Part shown: piece by piece, positions 34,712 through 45,946 of the stretch
How positions within the stretch are numbered: position 1 is the first letter of the stretch
Layout: every line of letters begins with the position of its first letter
From: a virus
Lineage: Duplodnaviria; Caudoviricetes
Virus record (IMG/VR): IMGVR_UViG_3300031589_000002
Coordinates: 1-59,143 of that record
DNA length: 59,143 bases
Reading direction: 5' to 3' (one strand)
Notes under the pieces: generated by a model
The model's database searches: none
What the model was told of the DNA's origin: nothing
Seen by the model: the letters and a program-made list of their open reading frames with translations, nothing else
Translations under genes and position numbers: made by a program

Positions 34712-37700
34712 TTATCCTGCTGCAAGCGTTATATTAATAGTATAAGTTGCTTTATTGTAACCCCCCCCGGAATTCGCTGCGGCTTGGGTCCTTGTTGATA
34801 CAATAAGTTGTACTGTCTTAGCAGGCTGACCAGCTGCGTTAGAGGCAAACGTGTATTGCACATTATCTGTTATTGGATCCCAAGTATTTGGGTAAACTCC
34901 CCCTGTAATTATATTATTGGTATTTTGATTAATATTAATGTTACGGTATAAAGCGGGATTGTTAAAATTAGATTCAAAGCTTATATCAATTTCCCCTCCT
35001 GTGTTTGGTATGGTTTTGTTTATAGTAACGTTTTGAGTCCACGGGGTTGATGTCATTACAGTGGTAACTCCATCTGCAGTGATTCTGTACCCATTAGTAC
35101 ACTGATCGTAGACATAAACAACCTGCCCATCACTATCAACTTCTACTACGTTATTTGATCCAATAAGGAATGCAGCCGAGTACCCACCACTCCCAAACCA
35201 TCCGGTAGTTTCAGCGGGTGTTGTAAAGACTGTGCTAACAGGTGCAGACCTTCTTATGTGGTCTCCTACCACTGGATACGTGCCACTACCTGTATGACTC
35301 CAGTTCGTAGCTGTTGGATCCCCACATTTTCCGTCTACAAAAGAATTACTAAATAATCCGTAAGTAGCACTCGTACCTGTGGCCCATGGAGTTTGAACTG
35401 GAAGTGCTGTGTCATATACAAAACCAGTAACTGCAGGTGCCGCAACATTTACAACTATAGGGATGTCTCTAACGTCATCGTCACTTCTTAGATCGAACGT
35501 TCTGTTTGATAAAGAACCAGCAAAAGAACTATTTGGTATATTCTTAGCACTAATAGATACTGATAATACCCCAAAACCAATAGCAAATTGCATTACCGTG
35601 TCTCCTGGCTGCCAATTAGTACCAGCACCTACAATTGAATTTTGATTTAAGTGTACAGTTGAGCCTGAATTAGTTACTTTTAAAATTTTCCAACTAGTTG
35701 AAGTGAAATCTGATTCTTCAAAAACAATTTCGTTATTATTAAGCGTATCTACCAACTTCCAGTCCCAATGGCTGTAATCAACATCATACACATGATTTAG
35801 TACCTCGTTGTCTCCATCAGCTTCAAGCCTATTTATATTTATACCTGAATTTACGCCTACAGGATCTTGCGAGTTAACATAAGAATGGTAATCCGCATTA
35901 TCGTGATCTAGGTTAAGTATCCTAGGATATGATCTTTGTGTCCCATAACCTGTATTTATAAAGTTAGCTGTAATAGGTGTACGCTGATTTTCCATCGTGT
36001 GCACTTTTACAACTGCTGTATTGAAATTATGGTAAAGCTTTGATTTAAAGATCAAATCTTCTTGTCCTGAATTGGTTCTTTTATGTAATAATTCTCCACC
36101 ATCATAAACTACTGTTCCACCTACTGTGTCATCTGTTTCCCCAAAACTAGCTGTTGAAGCTTGAGTGGTGTTACCAACCAGCGCTATAGCATTGTTAATT
36201 GCAGGTGTTGTAAAAGTTGTTGTCCCCGCAGTATTTTGAACATACTGAGATGTGTTTTCTAAATGGAACCAGTTGTTTTTACAAGGTGATGCAATTGGCA
36301 ATCCAGCGCCCTCATTTGCAAAATTTGGTAAGTTGAATGAATTTTCATAAGAACCTCCACTAACGCGCCCATCAATAGTGCCTAAGCTCGCTTGAGTATT
36401 TGCAGGAGCTAAAAAAGTATCTCCAAAGTCCCTAGATATATTAACCTCTTTATATCCAACAGGGGCTAATATGTCTATGCTATACACAGTTCCTCCATTA
36501 CCAATATCGTCAACAGAATATAGTAAAGCATCGGTGGGTACATTAGGGTCCGTTAAAAGATGCCCTGAATAAATAGGGTTAGCTAACGCTTGTGCTTTTG
36601 TACCCGCAAATGTTGAACCAGATGGAATTGGTGGAGTTGTTGTAGGATCTTCTAAATCCGCTGCTGTTAAAGCTGAACTAGAAACAGGCACTGTGCCTGA
36701 ATGGGCGTGATTTATATTTCTTCCAATTACTTTTCTTTCGTTGTTAGTTACCGCATTGGCAGATATTAACGTAGTCCCACCAAATGTAAACCATTCTCTA
36801 GGCACCCCTGAATTAGATAGGGCTGCAGAAAGAGGCTCAGTACTTAAAGAAGTTTGGAATAAGTTAGAAAAATATAAATAAGCTTCTGAATTACAATTGG
36901 GATCATTAGTTCTTCCAGCTCCTGAAATATCAGGTGTTGAATCTGCATCTAATGGGTCGGAACCGGCTAAAATCTCAAGAGCATCTGAGTGCCCATCACC
37001 GTCGTCATCTAAATCAGCATTATTACCAATCCCATCTCCGTCAGTGTCAGTATCCTCAGTGGCGTCTAAAGGAAATGCATCGTTTGCATCAAGCACGCCG
37101 TCGTTATCGTCGTCAGTATCTGCATTGTCGCCTGTACCGTCTCCGTCAGTGTCAGTGTCTTCTGTATTATCTAATGGGAAATCATCTTCTGTGTCAACAA
37201 CCCCATCACCATCTTCATCCCAAGTATCAGCATCATAAACAGCTTGTTGCAAGCTAATAGCAGATGATTCATTAGGCCTATCTACAGATGTAAAAGTTAT
37301 AACAGCATTTTTTACAATTGCGTTTACTGCGTCGTTTACATAAACAGGAGCCACACTTACACTAGTAGTTCCTTTGCCACCGCTATTAGGCGATATTGTA
37401 AACGATGCCGCATCCGTTCCAGATATAGCTGTTGTAAACCCTCCTACCTCTGCAACAGGAGATTCTAAAAATACTTCCAGCGTTTTATTACTAGTAGTGT
37501 GGTTAAATGTGTGAGATGTTATAGCCGTCGTTTGTGAGGGTTCTTGAACTCTAAATATGAAAGCAATGTCTCCAACTGCTAAATGAATTGTTATTACTCT
37601 AGTAAAGGAAGTACCGTTTGTCAATGTTACCGTAACTGTTATGGTCGCTGTTTTAACTGGTTCCTCCTCTGCGTTAGGTGATACAGTATAAGTTATATCA

Positions 37701-40700
37701 TCTGTACTACCTCCTGAGGCAGATAGTAATGATATAATATTGTTACTATCATTTGTTTCTGCAGCTGTCCATGTTACACCAGGGTTATTAGTCACTAAAT
37801 CATCTACTAAAGATAAACCTGAGTTAGATACATTATGAGTGATCGCAGAAGAATAACTACCGTTTATTGAAACAGTTGTTACCGTACCAGCCGCAAGATT
37901 AATAGTAATTATTCTAATATCCCCATTACTAAAAGTAACTGTTATAGTTGCAGTCTTAGCGCCTTCATCAAACCCGTTAGAAATAGCATTATACGTAATA
38001 TCATCTGTGCTATTTCCTGATGTAGATAAAGAACTAATAATATTGTTACTATCATTTGTTTCTGCAGCTGTCCATGTAATAGCTGGGTTATTGGTTACTA
38101 AGTCAATTGTTTGGTTACCCCCCGTGTTAGCAACGCTATCTGTAAAGTTACCTCCGTTGCCATCAAGTGTAACAGACTCTACATTTGCTTCTTGCGATAC
38201 ACTAACAGTTATAACTGTTCCGAATGCGCTTGTAACAACAAATGAATCTGATATTTGATTAAAAGCACTATTAGCGCTTGTCTTGGTAATAGTTATAGTC
38301 GTATTATTGGTTTTAACTAAAGTATACAAGTTATTTGCAGATTGTGATGGTATAGTCCAACCTGATAAATCAGCAGTTACCGCTCTGGTAGTTGACCCCC
38401 CATTTTGTGGTATTGATCCTGTTCCTGAAACACTAATTGCGTCTGTGTTAGCTATGAGTGGGTCAGTGCCTACCGCTATTTCATCAATGTCGCTAAATCC
38501 ATCTCCATCATCGTCAAGATCTGCATTATCTCCAGTGCCATCACTATCCGTATCTGTATCCTCGGTAGGATCTAGTGGAAAGTCATCTTCTGTATCTAAA
38601 ACTCCATCTCCGTCATCATCAGTATCCGTATTGTCTCCTATTCCGTCGGTATCAGTGTCTGTATCTTCATCGGGATCTAATGGAAACGCATCATCTCCAT
38701 CATTAACGCCATCACCGTCGTCGTCGGTGTCTTCGTTGTTGCCAACACCGTCACCATCGGTATCTGTGTCCTCATCCGGATCTAATGGAAATACATCATC
38801 ACCATCCAGCACACCATCCCCATCATCATCGGTGTCTGTATTATCTCCAACACCATCACCGTCGGTATCGGTATCTTCGTTAGGATCTAATGGAAATGCA
38901 TCATCACTATCCGGCACGCCATCACCATCATCGTCAGTATCTGCATTGTCGCCTGTACCGTCTCCGTCAGTGTCAGTGTCTTCTGTATTATCTAATGGGA
39001 AATCATCTTCTGTGTCAACCACGCCATCACCATCATCGTCGGTATCGGCATTATCACCTGTACCATCGCCATCTGTGTCAGTGTCTTCCGTATTATCTAA
39101 TGGGAAGTCGTCATCAGTATCTAATACTCCATCGCCGTCGTCGTCTGTGTCAGCATTATCACCCGTACCGTCTCCGTCAGTGTCAGTATCCTCATCTGGG
39201 TCCAATGGTAAATCATCGGCTGTGTCGTCAACACCATCGCCGTCGTCGTCTGTATCTTCGTTATTACCTGTACCGTCTCCATCTGTGTCTGTATCTTCGT
39301 CAGCATCTAATGGGAAGTCGTCGTTACTGTCTAAAACTCCATCTCCGTCGTCGTCCGTGTCAGCGTTGTCACCTGTACCATCTCCATCGGTATCAGTGTC
39401 TTCGTCAGCATCTAAAGGAAATGCATCATCTCCGTCTAAAACTCCATCTCCGTCATCATCAGTATCTGCATTGTCACCTGTACCATCCCCATCAGTGTCG
39501 GTGTCCTCATCTGGATCTAATGGAAACGCATCATCTCCATCTCCAACACCATCACCATCATTATCAGGATCAGTTATATCTGGGTCTCCATCGCTATCAG
39601 TATCAATATACGCACTACCATTAATATTAACTATTATAGAGCTATCTGTTGTTTCTGTGGTTCCTAGTATTGTACCATCAATTTGAGTGTAAATGGGGCC
39701 ACTACCAACTAATGCCGGGCCTGCTACGGTAACCGAGCTCCCGCCAGCTGTTGTTAAAGTTGCTAAATGAGGATTATCAAATATTAAAGATCCATCCGCA
39801 GTAAGCGTATAGTTTATGCTCCAAGACCTGCTTTCTACATTAGTTAAACTAGCTAAACTATTAATAGTCATAGTAGTTTGAGCCGCATTTGCGCCTCTAT
39901 TATTTACTCCAGTGTTGAATGTTATATTAGAAATAGCTCTAGGGCCATTTGTTGGTGTAAAATTATACTCTTCTTCTACTGCTGCGTAGACACCTGTAAG
40001 TGTCCAAGATAGCGTTAGCTCAGTTTCTGCTGTGCCACTAAACGCTAAACTGCCTAAAGATGAAGTAGTAGGTGAAAATGCTGTTGCAGCTATGTGGGCT
40101 TGAGAATGTGAAACAGCTACAAAGCTAGCAACTGTTGCAGCAATATTAGTACTGTGCCATGTGTAACCACTATTTGCAGTTAATACTACACTAAGTTCAG
40201 TGCCTGAAATATTATCTCCAGGTGTTCCTTTATACAATATACTTGTTTTACTTACAGAATAGTTTGTGCCATTAGCAAAGTTTATTCTTACACCTGGTCT
40301 AACAAATGTGGCTACCCTAGATATATCAAGTTTAAATAAAACATCTTCTATAGGTATAATTCCTTTTGAATACTCTATTAGTAAAACTAAATTACCATTT
40401 GAATCTACAGAAGCCCTTCCTTTACAAAAATCAATTAAAGGGTCTACAGTATTGCCTTGCAAAATTAACTCCTGACCTTCTTTTATATTTACTAAGTTAG
40501 CAGAAACCTCTACAGATGGGCCTACAAGAACCCAAGATCCTATTCCAGGTGGTATGGTTAAACTTATAATGTTTCCACTAAAAGCTGATCCGCTAGTTTT
40601 TGGACCTATGATAGTGTCATGAATCCATGAATCTGCCTCTATAATTACTCCACCTTCTTGTGGTTCTGGAATATCCCCATCGTCTCCGTATATCCGGATA

Positions 40701-41755
40701 GTTATTTTTTTATTTGGGTTTTGGGTTATAGATTCTGTAGGATCTGTATCCTCATCAATAAAAACATCCCAAATAATATCTTCTACATCATCATTAGTGT
40801 CTGGTATACACAAAGCATTATCTAACCCTGAGTCTGTTTGAACTCTTGGAATTCTTATTGTTTTTACAAATTTTCCATTAGGCCCTATTAAAGCATTAAC
40901 GATTATATCAGAATACGTAGCGGCTGATGTATCAGGCACTATCGTAGGGGTTATTGTAATAGTTTCTGTAGCCCCTGGGTCTCCTAATATTGTTATTACA
41001 ATAAAACCTCCGTTTAATCCGTCAAGGTCATCAGCGTTTACATCAATAGAATCAATAGCTAAATCTGGATCAGGAGTATCTCCAAAATCCGGATCAGCTG
41101 TAATGATCAAATCACCTCCACCAAGAATTATAATATCATCAGGCGTAACAATTTCATCTACTTCAATGTCATCCGAAGGGACTACAATTATTATATCATG
41201 TACGATGTCCCCGTCGTCATTTTCAACACCATCCCCCAGCTCAAAAGGTCCAGGCAAATCAATATCTAATTCGTCAGGTTCACCATCGCTGTCAGGCAAG
41301 TCGTTGCCGTCTTCAACTGCAATAATTATATCACCAACAATAATTTCGTCACCTTCATCTCCTATAATATCAATTTCTAAATTACCATTCCCAATAGGGT
41401 TGCCGTCACTATCTCTGACTATAAAGTCTATAGGACTATCATTGTCATCAAAAGCTATGTCGCCCACAATACTTACGCTTGTAGATATAGCATCACCTGT
41501 TATATCTATGACTCCCTCTATATCTTCAGATCCATATAATATGCTGTTAACTAAATCTAAAGTAATTATTACATTATCACCGACTTTAGAAACAACTATA
41601 TTTTCATATAAGCCTAAGCCGTTGTTAACAGAAAAATCACTAGCAACGACCCGATACCCCTCAAGCGGGGTTATTGTTGCGGTAACCGTTTGAGTACCAG
41701 CAGATGTACCAACAGCCCCGGTTATGCTTGTTACTGTATAAGTAAAGTTGCTCAT
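34712..41755 (-). CDS. Giant tail/surface protein with thrombospondin type-3 Ca-binding repeats and Ig/BACON-like domains
   Basis: Asp/Ile-rich N-terminus; 10+2 copies of DAFPLDxxEDTDTDGDGxGDNADTDDDGDG; duplicated DLVTNNP..TWTAAETNDSNNIIS modules. Confidence 0.8.
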   Translation of the reverse strand: MSNFTYTVTSITGAVGTSAGTQTVTATITPLEGYRVVASDFSVNNGLGLYENIVVSKVGDNVIITLDLVNSILYGSEDIEGVIDITGDAISTSVSIVGDIAFDDNDSPIDFIVRDSDGNPIGNGNLEIDIIGDEGDEIIVGDIIIAVEDGNDLPDSDGEPDELDIDLPGPFELGDGVENDDGDIVHDIIIVVPSDDIEVDEIVTPDDIIILGGGDLIITADPDFGDTPDPDLAIDSIDVNADDLDGLNGGFIVITILGDPGATETITITPTIVPDTSAATYSDIIVNALIGPNGKFVKTIRIPRVQTDSGLDNALCIPDTNDDVEDIIWDVFIDEDTDPTESITQNPNKKITIRIYGDDGDIPEPQEGGVIIEADSWIHDTIIGPKTSGSAFSGNIISLTIPPGIGSWVLVGPSVEVSANLVNIKEGQELILQGNTVDPLIDFCKGRASVDSNGNLVLLIEYSKGIIPIEDVLFKLDISRVATFVRPGVRINFANGTNYSVSKTSILYKGTPGDNISGTELSVVLTANSGYTWHSTNIAATVASFVAVSHSQAHIAATAFSPTTSSLGSLAFSGTAETELTLSWTLTGVYAAVEEEYNFTPTNGPRAISNITFNTGVNNRGANAAQTTMTINSLASLTNVESRSWSINYTLTADGSLIFDNPHLATLTTAGGSSVTVAGPALVGSGPIYTQIDGTILGTTETTDSSIIVNINGSAYIDTDSDGDPDITDPDNDGDGVGDGDDAFPLDPDEDTDTDGDGTGDNADTDDDGDGVLDGDDAFPLDADEDTDTDGDGTGDNADTDDDGDGVLDSNDDFPLDADEDTDTDGDGTGNNEDTDDDGDGVDDTADDLPLDPDEDTDTDGDGTGDNADTDDDGDGVLDTDDDFPLDNTEDTDTDGDGTGDNADTDDDGDGVVDTEDDFPLDNTEDTDTDGDGTGDNADTDDDGDGVPDSDDAFPLDPNEDTDTDGDGVGDNTDTDDDGDGVLDGDDVFPLDPDEDTDTDGDGVGNNEDTDDDGDGVNDGDDAFPLDPDEDTDTDTDGIGDNTDTDDDGDGVLDTEDDFPLDPTEDTDTDSDGTGDNADLDDDGDGFSDIDEIAVGTDPLIANTDAISVSGTGSIPQNGGSTTRAVTADLSGWTIPSQSANNLYTLVKTNNTTITITKTSANSAFNQISDSFVVTSAFGTVITVSVSQEANVESVTLDGNGGNFTDSVANTGGNQTIDLVTNNPAITWTAAETNDSNNIISSLSTSGNSTDDITYNAISNGFDEGAKTATITVTFSNGDIRIITINLAAGTVTTVSINGSYSSAITHNVSNSGLSLVDDLVTNNPGVTWTAAETNDSNNIISLLSASGGSTDDITYTVSPNAEEEPVKTATITVTVTLTNGTSFTRVITIHLAVGDIAFIFRVQEPSQTTAITSHTFNHTTSNKTLEVFLESPVAEVGGFTTAISGTDAASFTISPNSGGKGTTSVSVAPVYVNDAVNAIVKNAVITFTSVDRPNESSAISLQQAVYDADTWDEDGDGVVDTEDDFPLDNTEDTDTDGDGTGDNADTDDDNDGVLDANDAFPLDATEDTDTDGDGIGNNADLDDDGDGHSDALEILAGSDPLDADSTPDISGAGRTNDPNCNSEAYLYFSNLFQTSLSTEPLSAALSNSGVPREWFTFGGTTLISANAVTNNERKVIGRNINHAHSGTVPVSSSALTAADLEDPTTTPPIPSGSTFAGTKAQALANPIYSGHLLTDPNVPTDALLYSVDDIGNGGTVYSIDILAPVGYKEVNISRDFGDTFLAPANTQASLGTIDGRVSGGSYENSFNLPNFANEGAGLPIASPCKNNWFHLENTSQYVQNTAGTTTFTTPAINNAIALVGNTTQASTASFGETDDTVGGTVVYDGGELLHKRTNSGQEDLIFKSKLYHNFNTAVVKVHTMENQRTPITANFINTGYGTQRSYPRILNLDHDNADYHSYVNSQDPVGVNSGININRLEADGDNEVLNHVYDVDYSHWDWKLVDTLNNNEIVFEESDFTSTSWKILKVTNSGSTVHLNQNSIVGAGTNWQPGDTVMQFAIGFGVLSVSISAKNIPNSSFAGSLSNRTFDLRSDDDVRDIPIVVNVAAPAVTGFVYDTALPVQTPWATGTSATYGLFSNSFVDGKCGDPTATNWSHTGSGTYPVVGDHIRRSAPVSTVFTTPAETTGWFGSGGYSAAFLIGSNNVVEVDSDGQVVYVYDQCTNGYRITADGVTTVMTSTPWTQNVTINKTIPNTGGEIDISFESNFNNPALYRNININQNTNNIITGGVYPNTWDPITDNVQYTFASNAAGQPAKTVQLIVSTRTQAAANSGGGYNKATYTINITLAAG
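36940..37230 (-). repeat. Second TSP3 repeat block (2 units)
   Basis: FPLD units in translation; contains an 89-bp exact copy of 38931-39019. Confidence 0.85.
38490..39605 (-). repeat. Coding tandem repeat: ten 105-bp (35-aa) TSP3 units
   Basis: Ten [FL]PLD units at 35-aa spacing. Confidence 0.9.
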
Positions 41756-41758
41756 ATA

Positions 41759-44700
41759 TTATTGTAAATTGAATGTTATTGTACTATTGCCTTCAACTGG
41801 AGAAGGCAGCCCCCCAAAAATATTTGTTATATTATTAAGCGACCCAATACCTAAATGTTGATTTTGAGAAGAGTTACTGTCAGTTGAAAAATAATAAGTA
41901 TCTTCACTATTAATATTAGCCGTTTCCCTAAGAGAACTAAGGTTATCTTCTTTATAAAAATCTATTGCTTTTCCATCTCCACTTAGATTGTTTATTTCAT
42001 TAGTGATATTTATATTGCTGATACCATTAATATTGTTAAACCATTTACCTTCTTTATTTGTAAAATCCAAAACATTACCGGCTTGTTGATCTGTTAACAT
42101 TAAAGGTGCAGTCCAGCCAGCAGTTCCTTCATAATTTAAAGTTTTAAAACTTTTTATTGTAGAAGGTTCTTGATTAAATATCGTAGTTAAATAAGAATTG
42201 TATTGAGTTCCATAAAAGTTATTTCTATTAACATTAATAGAATTGTGCTGCCATAAGTTACCTTGATTAAATGTATAAAATATGTTATTAACAGAGCAGC
42301 TTGATTCTGGTACATATGAGATTCTAGAAACCCAGCCCTGTTGTTTTTCTGAAAAACCAATACTGTAATCATCAAGGGATATTATATATTGACCTGAGTT
42401 AACATCGTAACCCCCATGAATTTTACTTGTATTTGACACAAGGTTATCCTTAAAAAAATCACTCATACCTGCTTGAGATATTAAGGCAACACTATTATCA
42501 ACCCGAACCACTTTACCTCTAACTCTATCTGCAAAATACATTTTATTAGCATAAGATGCAAAAGAAGATGGATCTTGCCCAATACCAAAATCACCTGGGA
42601 CAGGAGTGGTTTGGCCCAGTACTCTGTTAGATGCTACAACTTGAGGGCTTCCTGTACCGCTGAATAGTATATCCTTATCAGCCATTATTGTGAATACTTT
42701 ATCTTCGCATAATGCTACTAAATTAGTATCTCTAGTGTGTAGTTTTTGAATACTACCATAATTAGGCTCTAAATCCTTAGTTATACCATCTGAGTATACA
42801 AACTCATTAAGCCTGTTAACACCTGTTCTAGAATTGTATATACCGGAAAATATAAGACCTGCTTTTCGTCGCTCTTTAGAATAATTTTCTTGCGGTACGT
42901 TTACCCGCACCCCCTTAGCTATTTGAACAGAATTAAACTTATCGTAAACTTTTTGTGTTTCTAAAAACACCTTTTCTTTAATTAAAGCTATGCAATTGTA
43001 AAAATCAAGAGTTTTTGCTGTGCCATGTTCTGCTATCGGAATAGACTCGGTTGATTCCCAATACAGGTCTAGATTACTATCAGCAACATCAGGCAAAGTT
43101 TCAAACCATATTGTTTGTAAAGTATTTACTTCATTTTCATCATTAAAAGTAGATTGCCCAGTAGGTATATTGCGAAAGACTCGGGGTGTTGTGCCCTCAA
43201 ACCCTGTGGCTCTTTTTATTTTAGCAAAAAATGAACCCTGGATATTTTTAAGAGCATTTTCAGTCAATTCTCCTTTAAATACAGCAAAGTCTTGACCAGT
43301 AGGATCAATACCAACAGGTTCTTCAAGTACTATTTTTAAAATATCTCTTGCTCTAAGATCACCACGACCTGAAGCGGTCATGTAATTGCTATATCCTAAA
43401 GCAACCTCTTTAATTTTAATCTTATTATTAGTATTATTAGCAACAGTAGAAACACCTACAGAGCCAATACCAAACCATAAGCCACCTTCTAGCTCAGACA
43501 CGTCAACTTCATTTACATATTCTGCAGGTTGTAATACAGTAAAGTCTTCTGATATTGTTAAGTTGCCTAAATTTTGATATCCTAGTTTTAAATTTAAAGC
43601 TGATACTAAAGGTATACGTTTCATACCTGAATTGTTCTGTCCAACCTCATAGTATAATACTGTTGAATTTTCGTCGTAAGCATTGGTAGCATTATTATCG
43701 TGTGCCTCTTCAAATCCGCCTGTTAATACCATACGATCAGGCTTATTGCTTGCACCTGCCACTGCAACAACGTTTACAGTGCTCCCTAGTTTTGACGTTT
43801 CAACTGGAAGCTGAGATCTTACTATGTCCGGAGCTTCGTTTTCAATTTCTATTATACGATGCTTAGATAAATTTTTAACTATGTGGTTAAACTGCTCTAC
43901 GGGCGGGGCTGTGGAGTTAGGATCGACCGGAGTAGATAGTGTTCTAAACACACTATCCGTAAGATCCATTACAACTGTTCCGTCTCTTTTACCTACGTAT
44001 TTTAATATTATAGGTCTAACTCTATCGCCTGTTTCTAAATCATACTCTACAGTTGTGTAAAATTTAAAATCGCGATTTTCATTACCTGTAGATTTTATTG
44101 TTGTTATTTTGAACTCAGCAACCTTAGTATGATTAAAACCTATAGACGCAAAGCTTTGGCCTACACCAACCTTTTGAAAAGAAGCTACGGTTTTTATGTA
44201 AGCGTCACCATAGAAGTCGTGGTCCCTAAAATCACCACTTTTTGAAACCCATTTTAATTCTCCTTCAAATTCAAAAGTGTATTTACCAGGTACAGCACAA
44301 GTAAATATCCAGTCAGCCTTATCTGTTGCGCCTAACCCACTATTTCCTGTTGAAAAATCTGCACTTGGGTTTGTTCCACCAGCAAACACTATAGTATTAC
44401 CTTCTTCTTTGCCATTCCTATTATGCAAGTTCATCTGGTTTATGCGAATAGTGTCTTCTTTTCGGGTAAAGGGAAGTGAATTTGTTCCGTCACCGGATAT
44501 AGCATCACCATGAGTATGCCTTCTGGGAATTATAAAAGTATCCTCACCTACCTTGTTACGATCATTAGAATCTATTTGTAGCCAAACAAATTCACTATTA
44601 AGTTTTTCATCATCCCCATCATTAAAAGTATTATATACTGGAAAATTGTGGTGATCGCTAGATACATCTTTAACGTAATGCTTAAAGTGTGTTGCCCAAG

Positions 44701-45943
44701 ATGGTGCATCACTTGTTACTTTAGCTACTAACTGTTGAGTCCCGTCTGTACTAAATTTACTAGTGTAGTTAGTCCCATTACCCGTAAGCAAGGCACCTTG
44801 TCTACCAAAAAAATCCTCATATACCACCCCTACTTCATAATCTCGCGCGCTTTTTATACTTAAACCGCTTGTAGTGTTTTTTTCTTTTTGAGAAACATTT
44901 ATATTTGCGTAAGATTCTTGCTCAAACCCAAAGTCATAATTAGCGTATATAAGTCTATTTGCTGTTATCTCTTGAGATTTAGCTAGAGTAGGTATACTGT
45001 CAAAGTGCCTAGAAAGTTGGTTACTAGGCAAGGCTGAATAAAATGATCTTTTAGTAAACGTCTGAGCGTTTACATAATTAGGATTTGTCCCAAAGTCTTT
45101 TTTTCTTATTGTTTTTAAAGTGTAAACTGTTGAGCTTATTGACTCTGTGTATAGCACTTCAACCTCAATTACGTCTTCATTACCTCTAGGTATGTTGTCA
45201 ACGGTTATTTCTGTAATAATATTTCTAACAGCCTTGTTATATCCTTCTGTATAATGTTCTTTTGTGCTGTATTCGTCTACTTCAAACACAGGTTCTGTAA
45301 AAAATGAAAACGGACTATACTCGCCGTCAGAAAATTTCCATCTATAACCAAATTGTGGAAATATTTCTTCAAATGGTAGTATTTCTTTTTTTGCATCTAT
45401 GTTGGAAGACGTTGTTAACCTTTCTTTAGGATGCGGTTTTATAACTGTTAAATCAGAGCTCACAAAAGCCCTAGAATATATTTTAGTAGGAATAGCTGTG
45501 TTGTTAGCTTTTTTCCATTTTGCAATATTTAGTTTTCTTGGCTCATTTTTATCATCTGTCCAAAATAGCATTCCATCGATAACATTGATTCCTGTTATTA
45601 AATTGCTGGCACTAAAATTAAGGCTGCCTCTTACTAAAGGTGAAACCTTATTAGTAACTGTGTCAAATTCATAAACTCCATCATAAGAAGGAGAAGTAGT
45701 AAACCAGTATATTTTACCATTTGATTTATCAGCTATAGATCCGATAGTTGCGCCTAGTTGGTTTAAAATATCTTGTCCTACCAACTTGTTACCTTTTAAA
45801 TTTTCCACAGAACTAGCGTCAGAAGACTCTGAGGTGCCTACGTTTACATTTAGAGCATCTCGGTATTCTCCTTGACCTATTAGTCTTTCGTCTAAATCTT
45901 TATTTAAACGCCCTGCTGTAAATGTATTTTTAATTTCTGGCAT
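41759..45943 (-). CDS. Tail nozzle/stabilisation protein
   Basis: MPEIKNTFTAGRLNKDLDERL..GEYRDALNV, LFWTDDKNEPRKLNI, YFADRVRG, NKEGKWF; podoviral nozzle position. Confidence 0.75.
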   Translation of the reverse strand: MPEIKNTFTAGRLNKDLDERLIGQGEYRDALNVNVGTSESSDASSVENLKGNKLVGQDILNQLGATIGSIADKSNGKIYWFTTSPSYDGVYEFDTVTNKVSPLVRGSLNFSASNLITGINVIDGMLFWTDDKNEPRKLNIAKWKKANNTAIPTKIYSRAFVSSDLTVIKPHPKERLTTSSNIDAKKEILPFEEIFPQFGYRWKFSDGEYSPFSFFTEPVFEVDEYSTKEHYTEGYNKAVRNIITEITVDNIPRGNEDVIEVEVLYTESISSTVYTLKTIRKKDFGTNPNYVNAQTFTKRSFYSALPSNQLSRHFDSIPTLAKSQEITANRLIYANYDFGFEQESYANINVSQKEKNTTSGLSIKSARDYEVGVVYEDFFGRQGALLTGNGTNYTSKFSTDGTQQLVAKVTSDAPSWATHFKHYVKDVSSDHHNFPVYNTFNDGDDEKLNSEFVWLQIDSNDRNKVGEDTFIIPRRHTHGDAISGDGTNSLPFTRKEDTIRINQMNLHNRNGKEEGNTIVFAGGTNPSADFSTGNSGLGATDKADWIFTCAVPGKYTFEFEGELKWVSKSGDFRDHDFYGDAYIKTVASFQKVGVGQSFASIGFNHTKVAEFKITTIKSTGNENRDFKFYTTVEYDLETGDRVRPIILKYVGKRDGTVVMDLTDSVFRTLSTPVDPNSTAPPVEQFNHIVKNLSKHRIIEIENEAPDIVRSQLPVETSKLGSTVNVVAVAGASNKPDRMVLTGGFEEAHDNNATNAYDENSTVLYYEVGQNNSGMKRIPLVSALNLKLGYQNLGNLTISEDFTVLQPAEYVNEVDVSELEGGLWFGIGSVGVSTVANNTNNKIKIKEVALGYSNYMTASGRGDLRARDILKIVLEEPVGIDPTGQDFAVFKGELTENALKNIQGSFFAKIKRATGFEGTTPRVFRNIPTGQSTFNDENEVNTLQTIWFETLPDVADSNLDLYWESTESIPIAEHGTAKTLDFYNCIALIKEKVFLETQKVYDKFNSVQIAKGVRVNVPQENYSKERRKAGLIFSGIYNSRTGVNRLNEFVYSDGITKDLEPNYGSIQKLHTRDTNLVALCEDKVFTIMADKDILFSGTGSPQVVASNRVLGQTTPVPGDFGIGQDPSSFASYANKMYFADRVRGKVVRVDNSVALISQAGMSDFFKDNLVSNTSKIHGGYDVNSGQYIISLDDYSIGFSEKQQGWVSRISYVPESSCSVNNIFYTFNQGNLWQHNSINVNRNNFYGTQYNSYLTTIFNQEPSTIKSFKTLNYEGTAGWTAPLMLTDQQAGNVLDFTNKEGKWFNNINGISNINITNEINNLSGDGKAIDFYKEDNLSSLRETANINSEDTYYFSTDSNSSQNQHLGIGSLNNITNIFGGLPSPVEGNSTITFNLQ

Positions 45944-45946
45944 ATT

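Noticed and set aside
37110-39019. Diversity-generating retroelement TR/VR pair
   Set aside because: Copies are identical with no adenine-specific differences, and no reverse transcriptase is present.
38283-39686. 467-aa Ser/Pro-rich and 244-aa His/Arg-rich plus-strand ORFs
   Set aside because: Antisense shadows of the Asp/Gly/Thr TSP3 repeats; the same applies to 36897, 36934 and 41103.
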